Source of the DNA: Lachnospiraceae bacterium
GTDB taxonomy: Bacteria > Bacillota > Clostridia > Lachnospirales > Lachnospiraceae
Reading direction: 5' to 3'
Assembly (NCBI GenBank): GCA_024694965.1
Contig: JAILJC010000180.1
Coordinates: 37,031 to 101,030, forward strand
DNA: 64,000 nucleotides
Part shown: in pieces, positions 59,550 through 64,000 of the stretch
Layout: the number at the start of each line of letters is the position of its first letter
Position numbering within the stretch: position 1 is the stretch's first letter
Translations under genes and position numbers: made by a program
Notes under the pieces: generated by a model
Databases searched by the model: none
The model's input: only the letters and a program-made list of their open reading frames with translations
Told to the model about the DNA's origin: nothing

Positions 59550-59597
59550 CAAAAATATTCATTAAAAGTTAAAAATGCGTTGCATAATATGCATATT
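59550..59597. promoter_or_regulatory. Candidate ArgR/AhrC operator region upstream of argG
   Basis: TGCATA-a-TATGCA inverted repeat at 59581-59593, plus an AATGAATATTTTT half-box (minus strand) at about 59551-59563. Both resemble AT-rich ARG boxes. Confidence 0.3.
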
Positions 59598-59639
59598 TAG
59601 TGTATTATTATGCAAATGATGACTGAAACGGAGAAAAAT

Positions 59640-60086
59640 ATGGAAATACGCACAATGACTGTTGACGATTATGAACAGGTAAAGGACCTGTGGATGTGCA
59701 TAAAAGGTTTTGCGATAAGGAGCATTGACGATTCTTATGAAGGCGTCGCAAGGTTTATAAAAAGAAATCCCACGACCTCCGTCGTTGCCATAAAGGACGG
59801 AAAACTCGTGGGAAGTATACTCTGCGGTCACGACGGAAGGCGTGGATGCTTTTATCATGTTTGTGTCCATCCGGATCACAGGCTTAAGGGCATAGGAAAG
59901 CAGATGGTTGTTTATGCAATGAACGCACTTAAGGATGAACACATTAATAAAGTAAGCCTTATTGCTTTTACGCGAAATGACATAGGTAATGCCTTCTGGA
60001 ACAAAATAGGGTGGACTAAACGTGCCGACTTAAATTATTATGATTTTACACTCAATGAAGAGAATATAATCCGATTCAACGAATGA
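59640..60086 (+). CDS. GNAT-family N-acetyltransferase
   Basis: Acetyl-CoA binding pattern VHPDHRLKGIGKQMV. Start at ATG 59640 after GGAGA. Confidence 0.8.
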   Translation: MEIRTMTVDDYEQVKDLWMCIKGFAIRSIDDSYEGVARFIKRNPTTSVVAIKDGKLVGSILCGHDGRRGCFYHVCVHPDHRLKGIGKQMVVYAMNALKDEHINKVSLIAFTRNDIGNAFWNKIGWTKRADLNYYDFTLNEENIIRFNE

Positions 60087-60100
60087 TGATCATAATTTTA

Positions 60101-63100
60101 TCAACGGCGTGTCAGGTAAAATGAACCGTTGCTTTTGATGATATTATAGCTGTCCTCATCATCAATGCTGAGTGCAAAGCCGTCCGTTGAAGCGGCCGGT
60201 GCCTTTAGCAGCTGGAATGCGGGCTTGGCCTGATTGAAAACGGGATCTGATGATTCAAACTGACCGGACCTTAAGAAGTTGATGCAGGTACCGTTGTCCA
60301 TAGTCAGAAGAGCAAGCTTTAAGCCGCCTTTGTCCGTAGCCTGAGTTATTTCACCGTTTATTGTGATCTTTGAAGCAACGCTTTTTACGAGGCCGTTGCT
60401 TCTTTTTATCTTGCAGGTGCCTCCAAGCTCGGCCGCCAGTTCATCCTGATGTACATTGCCGACATTGATCTTACCCTTGCAATAAAGACCCACATCTGAG
60501 ATCAATAAGTTTCCGATCCCGTTTATATCACCGTTGACTTCAAATTTATATCTGAAATCACTATCGGCAATGTGAGTTCCGGATGATAAAACCTCAAGCG
60601 TCGATGCTTTGGACGCTCCGTTTCCTTTAATAGATCCGATCCTGTATGTGCTGAAATCGACATTCTTCATAGTAAGATGCGAAGCGTTGGTTTTAAGGTT
60701 GATCCTGGTTTTTTTATCTGCCACTCCTTTAGTATTAATATAATCGGCAAGGATGACTCCATCAAGTGTAAGCGGGGAATTGAGCGCGATCGAGTTTTTG
60801 ACTTTAAGCACCGCTTTTTCATCGGTTTTTGAAGCTATGGTTATACCCGCTGCCTGTTTAGGAGTAACAAGGTTTGTTTTAAAGTCGGAAGCCGTATCTG
60901 AAGAAGGGTCTATGAGGATTGAATATTCTGTCTCATTAGAACACAGTAAAGCAATTTCGCCAAGAGCATTATTGACGGTATCGAAGCTGCCGAGAACCGT
61001 GAGATCTTCAGAATCGTTTTTAATGCAAAGGGTAACGGGGATGTCATCACCGGATGAGATGCCGAAGGTGTCTTTTGCCTTTTTGACAAATGCGCTGACA
61101 GTGATCCTGTCATCTTCGACAGCCGTTCTGGCGATCACAAAACAGCCGGCGGGTACCTTGGCGGCTGTTATGATCTTACTTTTCTTACTTGCCGCGGAAG
61201 TATAATCACCTTTTAAGAACTTGGGGGTGATACTTAAGGCAAAGCGATTTACGATGACCTCTCTTCCTGAACCGGAAACAGCCTTCACATTCGGACCACT
61301 GCATTTCATAGAGCCGCTTATTTTGCATTTGCCTTTTTTGTCACCGTAGGAAATAGAATTATACTCATTAAGAGAAGCTACATTTTTTAATGTAACATTT
61401 GCTGCGGCATTTATAGAGGCGGATTTAAGGCTTAAGAGGTTTGACACACTGATATTGCCGTTTGCGGATGTAATATCCGCATTGTCTGCCGTTATATTTC
61501 CTGCGTTTATGTTTCCGGCAACCGTCATGGGCATGCGCTCTTTTGTTCCCATAAGGATCAGGTGCGACCCGGCTTTACCGGAAATGGAGGCAAAGCTTCC
61601 TTTTGATGTTGTAAAGGGAGAGTCGGTAAACTCCACTGTATTGCCGCCGATCGTCAGCTTGGCGCCCGAAGAGTCAGATACCAGATTAATGTTCTGGAAA
61701 GAAGTATCGGTTGAGGGAGAAAGATCCCCGGTAAATCCGAAACTGTATCTGTCGGCGCCGGCACTTGCAAGGGTGATTTTTGCCGCTGTTTTCGGAAATA
61801 CAAGCTTTTCAGCCATATCAACGCTTTCAATAAGCTCAATCCTGTAGGAAGCGTTTTTGTCCTTTACAGTATTGTCAATGTAATTTACTGCTTCTGACCA
61901 TTTAATAAATGTGCTCACAGGTTCTTCGCCGTTGTAAAGGGCAAATGCGGGTTTTGCAAAGATGAGGCTGCTATCCACCTCGCAAAGATCCAGTGAGGTA
62001 TCAGCAGGATTCTTATTCGCTCCTGTAGAGACAATATCAAATACATCTTTAAACTGGGCATTTGCCAGTGTGCCGGAAGAGTCGGTCACTCTTTTTATAG
62101 TACCCGAGTTTACAGCTACAACATCGCCTGATTCAAAGTATCCTTTTCCCGAAGTTGCAAATTCAATTTTCGGAATGGGGGATTTAATGTCGTCGCTGTT
62201 TGCCCCAAATGCTGTAGTACCCTTTATCAAAAGCCTGCCGTTTCGCAGCAGACGGCCGCTGTTATCATAGGACTTGGAAATGATCACGGGATGATTTTTA
62301 CCTGTTTTATTAAGCAGATAGAAACTGCTGTTTTCAAGTGTGACCGTATTGTTGAGGTAGAGAGAATAATCAGCCTGTGCGTACGGGTCCATATTGTCAC
62401 CGTAATAAACGGGCAGCTTTTTAAATGTAGTATTGTCCAGGATCATGTCCTGGCAGGAGTAGACATTAAATAGAAGGTGATCCAAATCAGTTACACCGGT
62501 AAAGACTACATTTTTTACCTCTTTTATATAGTCTAATGACAGGTTACCGGAATATGTAAAAACTTTATCACTGTATCCTACGCAAACGGTGCCGTTTGAT
62601 ATTTTGGATGCAGATAAGAAGCAGATGTATTTACACTTTAAATTATGGCCGTTTAAGTCGATGCTCACCCTCTCGGGATGCGATAAACTGATGTCATCGG
62701 CATCTCCGCCGAGGATACAGTCGCTGTTAAACTTTATTGTCCAGTCGGCATCTGATACGAGGCTCTTTGAGTCTATGTATTGGCATGCAGCAACAAGACT
62801 GTCAAATTCGTCTTCGTTACCATCTGAGCCGATGACAGATATCTTACCTGCTTTAAGATCAGTTCCGCCTTTGACCTTGTCAAAATAATTTTTGATAAAG
62901 CGCGGACTCTTATACATATCCTGTTCTTCGGAACGTTTGAAACTTTTGTTGTCCGAAAGATACCTTCCGGTGGAGCAGTCTATGAAGTACCAGTAACCGT
63001 CTCCTCCGTCAACAATGTTGTATGCATGAGCAGCGGCATCCGTGCCCATGATGGCTTTGCTTGCAACTCCGAGTTCTCGCATAAGCCTTGAAAACAGATG

Positions 63101-63928
63101 TGCATAAGCTTCGCAGGTGCCGTTACCTTTAATGAGGGCATGATAGGCGGTATGGTAGAGGGGATAGGTGCGGTCCGATCCGCCGCTGCCGTTCACGGTT
63201 CCTTTTACATGCTTTCTTACATAATCATAAACCGCTTTGATCTTTTCGGTGTTTGTTCCGTTTTTAACGCCGGCAAAGGTCGTGTTCATAAGCTCACTTA
63301 CCTTTGCGTCCATTTCGTCCTCCTCGGAGCGGGTTGTTATCACCGGAAGATATATTTCATACACTTCGTAGGTAGTTCCATCGTAATCATAATAATCTAT
63401 GCAGCTTGGATACTCATATTCAAACACACGTTGTATCCTGTTTCGAAACTGGTGGAACATATAGTCGCCTTCGTCCGGCTTCATTCCCGGACGCTCGGCT
63501 TCAAAATCATAAACATCCATTAGATCGATGCAGCCGCTGATCAGGCCCTTTTTCACATAGATCCTGTCATAAACATATCCGTCAGTGTCGTAATTCATGC
63601 GATTGGTTACGTCGGGATAAAGCGCCATATTGTTGACCCTTCTTCTTACGATATCGCGCACGGCTTCATATGCTTCGTATTGAGTATTGCAGTAATACTG
63701 CGAAGCGGCCTGTACCCCGGCATCGTTAAGCCCGGTATCATCTAAGTGAAAACTGTCATTTATGTCCGCCGGAACAAAAGCTGTATCGGGTAACGTTATT
63801 ATATCCGGTTCCGATGAGATATCGCTGATCTCGGTGAGAACATCGATACTCTCGGCGGCAGCACATGTGAATGTGGAAATGAGAATCATGGAAACGGTTA
63901 GAGTGAGAGTCAGAAATCTTTTAAGCAT
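60101..63928 (-). CDS. Large secreted protein with an N-terminal transglutaminase-like cysteine protease core and a long beta-rich C-terminal region
   Basis: Signal peptide MLKRFLTLTLTVSMILISTFTCAAA. Transglutaminase-core triad pattern: GNGTCEAYAHLF (Cys), AAHAYNIV (His), WYFIDCS (Asp). The remaining roughly 900 aa are Gly/Ser/Asn/Thr-rich. Confidence 0.7.
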   Translation of the reverse strand: MLKRFLTLTLTVSMILISTFTCAAAESIDVLTEISDISSEPDIITLPDTAFVPADINDSFHLDDTGLNDAGVQAASQYYCNTQYEAYEAVRDIVRRRVNNMALYPDVTNRMNYDTDGYVYDRIYVKKGLISGCIDLMDVYDFEAERPGMKPDEGDYMFHQFRNRIQRVFEYEYPSCIDYYDYDGTTYEVYEIYLPVITTRSEEDEMDAKVSELMNTTFAGVKNGTNTEKIKAVYDYVRKHVKGTVNGSGGSDRTYPLYHTAYHALIKGNGTCEAYAHLFSRLMRELGVASKAIMGTDAAAHAYNIVDGGDGYWYFIDCSTGRYLSDNKSFKRSEEQDMYKSPRFIKNYFDKVKGGTDLKAGKISVIGSDGNEDEFDSLVAACQYIDSKSLVSDADWTIKFNSDCILGGDADDISLSHPERVSIDLNGHNLKCKYICFLSASKISNGTVCVGYSDKVFTYSGNLSLDYIKEVKNVVFTGVTDLDHLLFNVYSCQDMILDNTTFKKLPVYYGDNMDPYAQADYSLYLNNTVTLENSSFYLLNKTGKNHPVIISKSYDNSGRLLRNGRLLIKGTTAFGANSDDIKSPIPKIEFATSGKGYFESGDVVAVNSGTIKRVTDSSGTLANAQFKDVFDIVSTGANKNPADTSLDLCEVDSSLIFAKPAFALYNGEEPVSTFIKWSEAVNYIDNTVKDKNASYRIELIESVDMAEKLVFPKTAAKITLASAGADRYSFGFTGDLSPSTDTSFQNINLVSDSSGAKLTIGGNTVEFTDSPFTTSKGSFASISGKAGSHLILMGTKERMPMTVAGNINAGNITADNADITSANGNISVSNLLSLKSASINAAANVTLKNVASLNEYNSISYGDKKGKCKISGSMKCSGPNVKAVSGSGREVIVNRFALSITPKFLKGDYTSAASKKSKIITAAKVPAGCFVIARTAVEDDRITVSAFVKKAKDTFGISSGDDIPVTLCIKNDSEDLTVLGSFDTVNNALGEIALLCSNETEYSILIDPSSDTASDFKTNLVTPKQAAGITIASKTDEKAVLKVKNSIALNSPLTLDGVILADYINTKGVADKKTRINLKTNASHLTMKNVDFSTYRIGSIKGNGASKASTLEVLSSGTHIADSDFRYKFEVNGDINGIGNLLISDVGLYCKGKINVGNVHQDELAAELGGTCKIKRSNGLVKSVASKITINGEITQATDKGGLKLALLTMDNGTCINFLRSGQFESSDPVFNQAKPAFQLLKAPAASTDGFALSIDDEDSYNIIKSNGSFYLTRR

Positions 63929-64000
63929 AGTCTTTCCTCCTGGTGAGTCACAAATATTCAGTTAAACAAATTCTATCATGTGACGCAGGTAAAAAAAAGA

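Overview
This is a chromosomal window from a mid-GC Firmicute; gene content and order look like Clostridia/Lachnospiraceae. I call about 60 protein genes, 2 tRNAs, no rRNA, no CRISPR array and no intact mobile element. Most of it is ordinary housekeeping operons: metQNI, potABCD, pyrP-upp, paaK plus an ACT protein, a BMP-family ABC transporter running straight into ribD-ribE-ribBA-ribH, yicC-gmk-rpoZ-rimO-pgsA-cinA, recA-recX-rny, ispF-cysE-cysS-mrnC-rlmB-sigH, and argG. The stand-out region is 48.1-57.4 kb. The conserved Firmicute gene order breaks right after sigH and tRNA-Thr. There I see a short integrase N-terminal remnant and an AT-rich spacer, followed by a compact one-strand cluster. 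That cluster encodes an EssC-type FtsK/SpoIIIE ATPase, a small ubiquitin-like protein, four tandem divergent WXG100 proteins, a vWA-TM-FHA membrane protein and a DUF2974 (Mbeg1-like) alpha/beta hydrolase with a C-terminal WXG/LXG-like helical tail. The canonical T7SSb membrane components EssA, EssB/YukC and EsaA/YueB are absent from the window. I read this as a stripped-down, non-canonical type VII-like secretion locus carrying a reverse-architecture lipase-like cargo. Secondary curiosities are a secreted protein built almost entirely of twelve 29-aa Ala-rich repeats, a LysM protein with long acidic tandem repeats, an HxxxD acyltransferase paired with a zinc-ribbon membrane protein, a riboflavin operon with no room for an FMN riboswitch, and a 1275-aa transglutaminase-like secreted protein. 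All family assignments come from motifs read by eye; no database search was run.
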